The notes under the pieces were generated by a model, which saw only the letters and a list, made by a program, of their open reading frames with translations, did not search any database and had not been told where the DNA came from. From positions 30,442,001 to 30,506,000 of the forward strand of contig CM060732.1 in assembly GCA_030704615.1 (NCBI GenBank): a stretch of DNA of 64,000 nt. Reading direction: 5' to 3'. Position numbers and translations under genes: made by a program. Within the stretch, counting starts at the first letter, position 1. Each line of letters opens with the position of its first letter. Below are positions 1 through 10,982 of this stretch, piece by piece. The stretch is from Takakia lepidozioides. Taxonomy: Eukaryota; Plantae; Bryophyta.

Positions 1-480
1 TCCATGGCGATTATATAATCTCCTTTTCCTCTCTGCACCTTGTGGTCCTCGCCCATGTAACAGACTGGAAACAAGTTCAGGGAAGTTTTATGCCAACCTT
101 CATTTTCATCGGACAGTCTTGAGGCATCTGACATGGCATTAGACACTGCAACCTCCAGGTCAGCTTCATCTAGCAACTTCTGGGCTAATATTCAGATGCT
201 TGAAAATCTTCTACCTTTTTCCACCTGGACTTCTGTTTGACAGGACGTTCTTGCTTCCAAGAAATATAGTTGATTATCTTAGGCTATCTGGTATTAGTCA
301 TAAGATTCAACTGGCTCCACCAATCTGACCTTGAATTCATCACGTCGAGAGCTTAAGGTAGGTATGCCAAACTTGCCTTCACCAGCAACGTTAGCTGTTC
401 CAGAGCATGCTGACATGCTCTCTTTGAGCAACCTGAATGGATGGCCAATGTTCAGCAGGGAACACCACGAGTACATTCTA
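1..480 (-). mobile_element. Degenerate LINE fragment (family A, RTEX-like ORF2 C-terminal region)
   Basis: Reverse complement resembles the young LINE at 45567-47765; ORF 294..545 has [36 protein letters not shown] vs [36 protein letters not shown]. Confidence 0.85.
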
Positions 481-619
481 TCGTTCTTGTCATGAGCTCT
501 TAAGCTTTCCACAGATGCAATAGATTCTTTTCTGGCTTTGTGCAATGTTTGGGATTTGATCTGCTATTTGGTTCAAGTGGTTCTAGTGTGTCCCTCTGGG
601 CGTCTCTCTCCCTCTCTCT

Positions 620-1540
620 CCCTGTAAAACAGGCTAAGTACTGGCGGAAGAGGGTAGAAGAGATTCTCAAGGATTTGAATGTAAGTCCGCAAGTCTTGAC
701 CCTGCTGGATAAATCTGACTAGGCTGTAGTGTCCAAAGCCATGTCTATGGCCAGGAAATTGTCTGATGAAAAAGTTAGGCAGAAAACTTCCCTGAACTTG
801 TTTCCACTCTACGACCTGGGGAAGGCCATAATGGATGATCTCAAGGGTTTACCCACTCTCAGCACTAGACTGAAATTTAAACTCATGGCAGGAAGCCTAC
901 CTTTGAACAGCAAACAGAAGCATGGAAAACTTGGATCAACTGTCTGTTCCAAGGTAAGGCAGACTACCGGCGTCAGCCCCTGACAAAGGTAGTTTCTGTC
1001 CCTTTGTGTTCAGCTCAAACTGGGCATGGGGTCAATGTCCACAAGGGTATGGCAACAAACATCTTATGAGTACATTCTCTCTCTCTCTCCTCTCTCTCTT
1101 GTTCCGCCCAGACTGGGCGCAGGGTCTATGACCACAAGGCTATGGTAAACAACGTCTTATGATTACATTCTCTCTCTCTCTTTCTATTCGTGGCCACAGT
1201 TAACCAATGTCTATGAGTATATTCACTCTCCTCTGTGAGGGGCATTCTTAGCAGAGACTGACCCTCTTCAAGTGCATCAAGAACATAGTTCCTGCACCTC
1301 TGTTCACCAACTTTGAAAATCTTGAGGCTGAGCCTAAAGCCTGGCCCTGTTCGGGTCTAATTACTGGGCAGCTCACACACAGCAGATTGAATGCTTGTGT
1401 GAAGGGCTTTCTAGAGGATATCTGGAAAGCCAGAACTAATTGTTTACAACCAGCTTAGTCCGCCCCGGCAGTGTCTGTTCCCTCTTGCTCTGGCCAAACT
1501 GGGTGTGGGGTCTATGGCCACAAGGCTACGGCAACGTCCT
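620..1540 (+). mobile_element. Stack of degenerate family-A LINE 3' fragments ending in (CT)n
   Basis: [19 protein letters not shown] and [24 protein letters not shown] match family A; terminal motif ...CTTATGAGTACATTCTCTCTC recurs near 1063-1100, 1155-1182 and (degenerate) 1210-1230. Confidence 0.85.
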
Positions 1541-1833
1541 CGATCTTTGCAGCTGCGGGGAAATAAATTTGTACGTGCAACTGAGTTGCGGGGATAAGCT
1601 AAACCCTCGTGGGTGGGAACCCCACAAAAGGCTCTGGAAGGGTTAGTTTCCGGTATTTCTCTCTCTCTCATTTGACTTTGTCCCATGGACCGGTTGGGGC
1701 CGATGTATTATAAAGTTCAGTTCTTTCTCTCTATTTTCCGCTCTCCATCTAGTCATTGAAGGATTACAGAGGCCGATGTGTCACCTCTCTCACATAGTCA
1801 TGGAATGTGTTTTGTGCTTTGTTTGTTGTGCAG

Positions 1834-4554
1834 ATCCGGGAGAAGCTCCGCAGTTGTGGGAAAAATCAGACGTAAGAATTACGGTTATGCTCCAGACCAT
1901 GATGACCCATACAGAGGGAGTGAGTAGCTGTTTTGTAAGACATGGATGAGGTTGTCTTGTGGGCATGTTACTCCACTATTGCCATCTCCCAACTGTTGAT
2001 GCAAGAATCATCATAAAATTTCATCAAGTGATGCCAAGAAGTCATCTTCGGAGGTAACATTGCAGGGTTATGCTTTGTGTGCAGTGGTGCAACCAAGGAT
2101 AAAATCCGTAGCGCAATGAAGGTAGTATGGGAATTAAAGCGGACATCCAAAGTATTCCAAGACACCTGTGTCAGGGAATGGAAGGAGGAGGTTGCAGAGG
2201 CTGCAAGACTTGGAGGGCTGGAAGATGAAGAGTTGGAATGGAGCACATTTATGAAACTCAAGCAGCAACTTCGGCAGGAGGCCATGGCTGCAGCAAAAGA
2301 AGCAAGACTGAAACAACTAGAACTACAGAAGAAAGCAGTGAAGGCTAGAAGAGCTGCTGGATGTTCAGAGGAGCATCGCAAGAAGATATCGGATGCTATT
2401 AGAGCCAAGTGGGAAGATCCGGTATATCCTTAACATCTCTCCTGTCTAGGTCTCTCTTTTGAGCAACTGCATAGAGCAGATGTGCTGTCAAGTACATCAA
2501 GGTCTTCGTAGGTCCCCTGATAATCATGTTACTCTTTTGGCTGTTCTACCTGTGACTAGTTCTTTCCACTTCTCATGGGGGACAGAGTGAAAGAAGAAGA
2601 TGAAGAAAATATTAAAAATTCATCCCATCCATGTTTTGCCCAGAGGGTCCATGGGACACAGTCAAACAATACAGTAGAACCACTAAACCCAGTAGCAAAT
2701 CAACACCCCAAATGAAGGCAGAGAAAGAAAGGCAGAAATTTTGTGAGAAATTGAAGTTGATAACAGTTGTCCAAATCCAGGAATATCGAAGTAGGGTGTT
2801 TGAAGGCATGCACAGAAACCCAGAGAGGAGACGTCGGCCCCAACCCCAAAAAATAGCCACGTCCACATCCACAGCAAATATTGATAACGATTTCATCGTC
2901 GAAGTTTTGGCAGAGGAGAATTTGGCAATGGAGAGAAAGGCACGCTTTGCAGCAGCCCATTTAAATGGGCATGCCAGAGTAACCCTGGCTAGACCTGGGA
3001 TAAGCGAAGGGACCCAACCTGTTTCTTCTAACTCCCAGAGGCGGACTTTACTAGACAGAAGCACACCTCTGGCCGAGAGCCAGCCAGTACTAGAGAAAAA
3101 GAGTGTGCTGCCTGAACTCATACCTGAGGAAGACGGGGGTTTCTCTGCAGCTCCTAACACTAGAAGTCTCCCCCAAGAAGCTGCCCAGCCGAGCAAAGGG
3201 ACTCGTGCCTTGTATGTTGACCCATTGGCCAGTGAGAAGCTAGAGAAGATAAAGCGGCTTCGAGAGGGTAGGCTGGTGATGGAGTTGAAACGAAGGGAGG
3301 CTGCAGAACGAGCACGGTAAGTGGTTGGGTCAATCAAACCTTTTTGTCTCTGGGACATTGTTCTTTTGAGCCATAGTGGGAATAGCAGTATGTTGTGCCT
3401 CTCACAGTTTAGCCTCTCAAGTCTCAAGTTGGCTGCTGTTCTGGAGCAGATGGTAGATAAGATTTCAATCGTACACCCGTCCACTGAAGAGCCCATCTAA
3501 TTCCACATTTTAAGGTGGGTCTTTAGTGTTGAAAGATGCACAATCACTCATAAGAGAGAGCAAACTTAAGTGGGTGGGACGTCCTTTCGATAACAGAAGA
3601 GATCTACTAGAAAGAGAAGAAGCCTTTATCTAAAGCATATGTAGTGAGAACCGCCTTGACTGCTCGTGTCAGCAAGCTGTTATAAAAGTAGACCTTCACA
3701 AGCTTTACTACTAACTTACAATGATTTACTTCTCTGTGCAATTGTCAGGAGAGTATTCCAAGTCTCAAATCAAGTTGTGGGGATAATGGAGTAGTCACAA
3801 GAATTGCTGGATCAAGTTCCCATGGTCAAAAGCTAGCTAAATAGTGTATCGCTGTGTCTTGTGTGGTGGCAGGATGCTTATGGCGGAGGCCGAAAGAGCT
3901 GCTAGTGCGTTGGAAGTAGCAGCTGGCACAGATAAGATGGCTATAGCTTCTCTCAATGAGACCCGTCGTCTCTTGGCTGAAGCTGCTCGCTCTATTCAGA
4001 CTGCAGAACTGGGAAAGGTTGACGAGTCCCTCTTACCGGTTCGAAATTCTGAACATGGGTATGGTGCCTCAACCAGGGGAGCATATACCCGCACCTTGAC
4101 CTCCATGGTGGCTGCACCGAATGGGTCTCCTGTATTTTGCCCACCTCTTGCAAGAAGTACGATGAACACCGGATGCACATTGGAGAGTGAGCTTTACACC
4201 ACCACAAGCAGTAGGAGCAAACCCAGTGGCACTTCCTGGTACACGAGACAGGGAGTAATGGGAGGTCACAAACCAAATAGCCAGGGGACTAGCCCTTTTC
4301 ATCCAAATGAAGAAGAGGGAAGTCAAGTGGATCTGAGCTTTGCACGTAGGGACCAGGTGGGAGAGAGTCATGTGCCCTCATTGGCTAGCAGTTCCAGTAG
4401 AGAAGGAATAGAACGGTGTGCAATGGGTCGAGTGAATGGGAGGCCACAAAAGAGTGTCACAGATGTTGAACAGACTCCTACTGGAAATAGGTCAGTGATA
4501 AGAAGATGGCATCGCGGGCGGTTGATCACAGTGGAGAGCAATGAAAATAGTTGA
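1834..4554 (+). CDS. NUMOD3 (nuclease-associated modular domain 3) plant protein, AT1G53800-like; 3' exons only, 5' exons not identified
   Basis: Exons with GT-AG borders at 1834-1871, 2085-2421, 2781-3316, 3873-4554 join in frame. Motifs SEEHRKKISDAIRAKWEDP|EYRSRV and LMAEAERAASALEVAA...ASLNETRRLLAEA match this plant family as recalled. Confidence 0.8.
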
Positions 4555-5389
4555 TTGCTATGTGTCTTCTGATTTTAGCCCTTGTATATGCTGTTCAATC
4601 GCACATTTATCACGTGTAAAGCATAAAGCACCGCAGAGAGATTCTCCTCATTCAGACTGTTTGCTATAGCCTTTACACTGTAGATGTTATACACTTTGGA
4701 TGGAGAGGATGGTGTGCATGAGTGAGGGGGCCAAATAGATTGGAAGAGCTTTGCACATAAGCTTTTTATTATCCCTGACATTAGGAAGACTCGCCACAAA
4801 ATTCAATACTGGCCTGCTGCTACTATACCTGCATGGGTTTGTTTTGCAGCAAATCAACCAAGGAGGGCACACTCTCTTACTGGCAAAGTGAGATTTCGAT
4901 GAGGTGATTTCATTGCAAAGTGCAAAGTCTTTATTCTCAAATGCTTGATGGGCATGACATTGTCGTCGTCGGCTCCACCAAGGGCACCAGAACGACCACA
5001 AATTCAAATGGTAGTTGTTTCTGTAAATTAACAGGATGCAGTTTTCCCCTGCTGGCAGAGAGGGTACTGCATCTCAGAGGAAAAATGGTCCAGGTCTGCA
5101 GGAATATAATTTTGTGATAAATATGTTGGATGCCTTTTTCACAAAGACCATATGGTGGTGATGGATAAATTTATTTTTTCATCTCTCCTATGACTTGCTG
5201 AAGCTGGGGACTTTTGGAACAAAGATAATTGGGTGGGATTTTCATCATCTTTAATACTAGGTCATAAGCATCGAGTGATTCACTGCCGCACAAGGCTGCC
5301 TTGAAAGTGATTGTGGGTTCACAGCCGCATGGGTGTATGTTGGATTTCACCCATTAGAGAGAGACAATGCCAACCCAAGTGATTGTAAG

Positions 5390-5970
5390 TAAGAGCCTCT
5401 TCTCCTTGCAGGTACAGCCCCTTGCCACCCATGATGGCCGGCCCAACTCTCAAAAAGTAGGAAACTGGGTCAACGGGTTCTTAAGTACTTGGGAACTTTC
5501 CACGCCTTGGGGAGGATTGGGCAACTTGCCTACTTAGAGCACCCCCAACGCAGGTATGCTATGCCATTTCCAACGCCATTTTGTTGGGCCGTTCTCGGAT
5601 CGGGACCCACCGCACCCCGCCAACACTATATACCGAGGGACCTACCCCAAGGTCATGGGGTACACCACTGGCATGTTTAACATATTTGCCGTACCTCGCC
5701 AGACCTCCGCCAAGCACTTGGGAGCAAGTCCGATGGGAATGAAGAACGCGCTCTGGCTTTTGGGGATAGGAATAGCAGGTGCGGCACAGCGTGGAGCCAC
5801 CATGTGGCATCCACAGACTGGCCAGCCCAACTTGGTGCTGGATTTAGCGTGACTCTGGTGGACGTGCTTCCGCCAGTCTCATGTACCGAGACTCAAATCC
5901 ACGCCAAACTCCATGCCACGATGAGCAGCTTGACGGCCCCGATGGCGGGACACCGTTGGAGATGCTCTTA
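5390..5970. mobile_element. Possible PIF/Harbinger (Tourist-like) MITE remnant
   Basis: Right end TTGGAGATGCTC+TTA (5956-5970) is a typical GAGCATCTCCAA-type TIR with a TTA flank; left end TAAGAGCCTCT (5390) is only a partial match. Confidence 0.3.
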
Positions 5971-6264
5971 GGGCATAACCAGCAATCGCTCAGAACCCTC
6001 CATCACTCACTGGACGTTAAAGAAACTTTACTTTTATGTTTATCTTAGTTAGGCGTATGGTGAGCCACTCAAGGTAGATAATGTGTGGGCTGGCAAGAGC
6101 CCAACAGCAACCCACCATAATCCACCATATCCATAATAGAGTAATAGTAGAATAATGGTGCGAGAATGAGGGTACTGTTGGCCCCGCCACTCGTCATTAC
6201 ATACAAGGCTGAGCAGCGGATCCTGTGGTAGTGCGGGAGAATGTCACACTCCAACGCGTTGGAG

Positions 6265-6435
6265 AAAAAAAGTATGACGCCTCCAAAGGGAGCGTAACTT
6301 ATGGTGTCACTTCACCACAAGGGCTACTACCTTCTAGCTGAAAGGTGGACACCTTCATGACACACCAAAACGTGGTTTGAACCCACAACCACATCCGACG
6401 TGGTATGTGCCCCTTTCCAACGGTACCAAGCACTA
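6265..6435 (-). mobile_element. tRNA-derived SINE copy 1 (head diverged)
   Basis: Reverse complement of copies 2 and 3 from the poly(T) tail through the B box (GGTTTGAACC on +). Confidence 0.75.
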
Positions 6436-6692
6436 GGGCTGGGCCGCGGTTTGGGACATCTCAATGTTACAAAACAAAACAAAACAAGTCGCAAACCGCG
6501 AGAGGCTCTGTCCATTGAAGCTACCACGTGGTTTTTACTTAAGAGCAATTTTAGACCAATCATATTCTTGACATGTGTACGGTCCATTGACCACATTTTC
6601 TCCATTGACTTCAACAAATGATGCAAAGTCTCTGCCCTGAAGGGACAGAGCCAACAAACAAACAATCTTGCTTCATATATTGATGTTTGGAA

Positions 6693-6871
6693 GACAACCA
6701 GCATGTAGCCCAGTGGTAATGGGCACATATCACGTTGGATGTGGTTGTGGATTCAAACCACGGTCTGGTGTGTCGTGAAGGTGTCCACCTTTCAACTGGA
6801 AGGCAGTAGCCCTTGTGGTGAAGAGACACCATAAGTTACGCTCCCTTCGGGAGGCGTCATACTTTTTTTTT
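6693..6871 (+). mobile_element. tRNA-derived SINE copy 2
   Basis: A box TAGCCCAGTGG, B box GATTCAAACC, 3' hairpin CTCCCTTCGGGAG, T-run tail, 11-bp TSD GATGTTTGGAA (6682-6692 and 6873-6883). Confidence 0.8.
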
Positions 6872-7119
6872 GGATGTTTGGAAAATAAATATCTTCTTAT
6901 GGCCGTAAGAGCATGCCCAACAGGCGGGTTTTCTGGCGCGCTATCTTCAAAATAGTGTGGCCGCCAATTTTAGACGGGATCGCGCGTCCCCAGCAGCACA
7001 TTCTCGCACTTCAAAATGGTGACCCTCTCCAAATTTCATCCCACTCCCATAATGCACCCGTACAACCCGGTATGATCACCGGAGTTAGCTGGAGATGCAC
7101 GGTCAAATCCCCACCCTCT

Positions 7120-7465
7120 CCAGTCCAACGCTTCCTGTTCTTCACGTCCTTTCCCAGGTCCCACACTCCACTTCATGTTCCCTGGCCCTTGTTCCCTTGT
7201 TCCCGCTGCTACACTCCCTCGTTCCCCGTTCCACTATGATTGCTCCAAGCTATGTTACTGTTGCCTAGCTACGGCTCCCCTATTCTCGCTCCCATGATCC
7301 CTCCTTCTGGGGAGTAGTAACACAAGAGAGTCGGGGAGCAGTAACAGGGGAGCACGAATACGGGGAACAAAAGTAGTGACAGGAAACGGGGAGCAGTATT
7401 GAGGGGAGCGGAAGCACTAAAAATGGAGCATATATATGTGGGGATGGGAACAAGGGAGCGGAGAT
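7120..7465. repeat. Imperfect fold-back repeat (pyrimidine-rich left arm, purine-rich right arm)
   Basis: TTCCC/CTCCC units on the left mirror GGGGA(A/G)C units on the right; GTTCCCTTGTTCCC (7191) pairs with GGGAACAAGGGAGC (~7446). Confidence 0.5.
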
Positions 7466-7996
7466 CCACTTCAAAGACTTGGAATTATTTTGGAGATACA
7501 AACTATTGATATTAACTTCTTTGAATCATTGAGTGTATTAGTTGTATTGCACCTTGACCAGGGTTTGAACCCCACACCTTAGCAATACTAATCATCGTAT
7601 GCAGGCATCAAGCTACTCACTACTATTGGGGGATGGATATGGCGTGAGCACAAAAAAAACGTCGCATGAGCAGGATCCACGGTTTATGGGGGTGATATGT
7701 ATGCCAGCGGAAATACATATAATAGATGGACATAGGGTCTTTCTGCGTTAATAGGGTCTAAATAGTGTCTAAATATTATCTTAAACATATAGAAGGAGCT
7801 TGAAAGGGAGATACCTATCTATATTTTTTATTAAAATAAAAAATAAAAAAAATCCAATTTCGCCGACGAAACCCAAGTTTCGTTGGCAAAAAACCCAAGA
7901 TGCTTTTGCGTTTCGTTGACGAAGTCCATTTTTTGGGTGGTTCTTGGGGATGTTCTACACAATGCTTTACCAAACGCCACATTGTTTACGTTTGCT

Positions 7997-8160
7997 GACA
8001 ACCATAGTGTAGCCAAGTGGTGATGGGCACATACCACTTTGGATGTGGTTGTGGGTTCAAACCACGGTCTGGTGTGTCCTTTCAGCTGGAAGGCAGTAGC
8101 CCTTGTAGTGAAGAGACACCATAAGTTACGCTCCCGTCGGGAGGCGTCATACTTTTTTTT
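7997..8160 (+). mobile_element. tRNA-derived SINE copy 3
   Basis: A box TAGCCAAGTGG, B box GGTTCAAACC, same body and T tail as copy 2; flanked by near-identical CGTT(T/C)GCTGAC direct repeats. Confidence 0.8.
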
Positions 8161-8499
8161 CGTTCGCTGACCTTTGAGTTCTGGAAGATATTTTTATGGG
8201 TCTTTGTGCTCACGTGAGTTAAGCTTTGGACGATTCGTAAGTTTTTTTTTTTTTCGTGAGCACTATCTCCAGATTGTTTCGTATTTTTTATCGCATGAGC
8301 ACATTTTGGTTTCGCACTCGCATGTTCTCTTGATTATTGGGGAATATGCAGAATATGCCTCTGTGCTCACACGCGCGCTGGCGTGAGCATGCTCACATGC
8401 TACCCAACCTCCTCCTCTTGTGTCCCGGAGACAGGACACCATTGTCTCCGGCGAGCCCCGGTGCCCGTATCGGTTAGCTCTTACGCGCGCATTTAACTC

Positions 8500-8740
8500 C
8501 CATCATATGTCTAGTGTGTTCCAGAGATGTCGAATTTCAAGTTTGGTCGTTGGAAATTTGTGAAAAAATAGCATAGTGGGCTTTCCTAGGACAATGATTG
8601 GATACATCAATATATGAAGCCTCCATAGGAGACGCACTTGGCTATATAGGAGATTGCACTTGGACTTAGATGGCATTGGACACTTCGGCCAATGACCCAC
8701 TGACTTGGTTTCACAAAAGTTGGACCTACGGGCCAAGAAT
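8500..8740 (+). repeat. Dispersed repeat shared with 33860-34170
   Basis: Shared blocks GAGATGTCGAATTTCAAGT, ATAGGAGACGCACTTGG, GAGATTGCACTTGG and GACTTAGATG.CATTGGACACTT. Confidence 0.6.
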
Positions 8741-9022
8741 TATAGAAATATGTAGAGCAGTTTCATTCGGGCCCTAATTCTACGGTGGTCCAGGAATTAC
8801 TGTGGCTCAGGAATTAGAGTGGGGCGCTTATGTAAGAAGGCCACGTGTATTAAGAAATGAGATGAGGGGGTCCAAAAAAAGAAGGGAGGAATGGGCCAAA
8901 TTTAGAATAGGGAGTCTTGTAGGGTTGACATGTGTCCAGGGCCTTCTAGAAGGGTCCCGGGGTCGGCGGGCTTCTAGAAAGATCCCACCGCTTGAGAGTA
9001 TATAAGGGAGGCGCCCCCCCCC

Positions 9023-9232
9023 CTTACTACCTACTAACTTATTACTTACTAAATTAGTAAATAGTGGGCTCTGCAAAGGCAGGGCCCCCCAAAAAGAAAC
9101 AGCAAACATGAATCAATTAATTAATAGGAATATGCTTGTAAAGTTCTTACTACCTACTAACTTACTACTTACTAAATTAGTAAATATTGAAGGCAGAATC
9201 AATTAATTAATAGAAATATGCTTGTAAAGTAC
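9023..9232 (+). repeat. Local AT-rich tandem duplication (2 copies, second internally deleted)
   Basis: CTTACTACCTACTAACTTA.TACTTACTAAATTAGTAAATA...GAATCAATTAATTAATAG.AATATGCTTGTAAAGT occurs twice. Confidence 0.8.
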
Positions 9233-10982
9233 TTGGAGGCTCATTTATCCCCTTTGATTTCATATATAGAACAACCCTTGGCAAATTTTGGATTGTGGGT
9301 ATGTAATTTGGTGGCAGTATCCGACGATAAAACAATCCTGAAATTTTGTGGCAGGGGCATGTGGTAGGTAGGACCATAACTATAAGCTTCAAGTCTGTGG
9401 ATGTTTTGGCGATAAACATTGGTGGGGGTGGCCCACCAATAGATAGCTGGTCCCGGGGGTCTTAATGTTTTAATTTCTGGTGTAAAATTTAGGTTTCAAT
9501 TGAGATCTCTATTGGTTGATTTCGATGTATTGTGAGTACATTACGATATTTCTAAGAGCGACAAGTGAATGAACCCCATCTCTCTCTATACAGCTCAAAT
9601 TAGCTCCGTGGTTTTAGTACTCTCTTCTCCACATCTGATAAACACCAGCTAATAAGCAACTAAGAATGTGCCGGCTTTCTTTATTGCACATTTATGACTG
9701 ATCCAGGCCAACTGGTAAGCCACTTCCCAATTCCGATTCTGAAAGTCGCCTCACTGTTCACACCAAAAATTATCTACTGTCGTTTCCAGCCACCTTCATA
9801 CTTCATAACTTACTTCATACCAGGCTCCCCACTGATCAGACTCGTAGCAGGTGAGTTGTTGAGAGTTGAGAAGAAGCAGCATCAATTTGTCCTGCAGGTA
9901 TAGAACCAATAGCTAATGTAGACTGCTGTTCACAGTCAAGAATATATGCCTTATTAGGAACTATGTGCGCCTGTCTGGAACTACCCACACCGATCTCACT
10001 TGCCAAAACAAGACATCTTCATTCATGTAAGTATTCTCTCTCTCCACAAGGCTACGATCTGTCTCTCTACATTCACAGCTCTTGCTACCCCAAGTATAAG
10101 CAGCTAGACTCCAAAGCAGCTACAGTATGTAGACTCCACAACGCTCTCAGTTGACAAAGCACGTGCGCAAGTGCAGTAACGCTTGTACTAATAATTGCAG
10201 TCAGGCTACGGTGCACGACAAAGCCCTTTGCAGCGCACTGGTCGGCCCAGTCACACTCTCTGCACCAAGTCGGTGCAACTTCAACATAAATGACAACGGC
10301 GCCTACCCTGCCACATCAGCTGCTCCAGTGTCCGTCAGCTGCGTTCATCACCTCGTCTTGCTGACGTGGGTGTATGTAAGTAGTGTACTGTGCCGGACGG
10401 GACCTGGATTCAGGGCAGAGAGATATGGGGAGGGTGGAACTATGGGGTGGGCCCTGGGGCCTCCGTGCAGTGTCTGTCTGGCTCTGCTTTTCTGTTCTTC
10501 TTGGGATGGGGGCCTAGTGTTTGGCAGCTGTTGGTCGGTAATGATGCACTGCTTTTGTTTGCATGTTTTATGAGACTCTTTCGTCATGTCTTTGCCGCTC
10601 AGCGGAGCTAAAAGTGATGTTTGGCTCCTCCGTGTGAGTACACACTCTTACACCTCAGTCAATCACAGAGCTGAAGGATCGTAGTGTAGCGCAGTACGCA
10701 ACGGTCACCGCATTGTCTTGATGGACCGGGGAAACAATGGCTGCCAAGGACTATACTTGATCTTCATAGTCAGCTTAGAAACGCATAGGAGACAGTGCCT
10801 TCTCTCTCAGCCTCAGATGGACACCTTAAAGTGAAGGCTATGAAGTTTTACTTGCAAGACACTGAAAACTTGGTATATAGAGAAGTGATTACTCGTCGTG
10901 AAGAGTGGTATCAGATGCCAAGGAGGCCATAGCACCATCTTCAAGAAACTTAAGAAGTAAATATAGGAGTGACTGCGATAGA

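Noticed and set aside
2612-3496. 294-aa minus-strand ORF
   Set aside because: Antisense shadow of exon 3 of the NUMOD3 gene with no recognisable motif.
6693-6780. tRNA gene
   Set aside because: A/B boxes are present but I see no full cloverleaf, and the unit has an unrelated body, tail and TSD, i.e. a SINE.
6836-6871. Rho-independent terminator
   Set aside because: The hairpin + T-run is the SINE 3' end in a eukaryotic locus.
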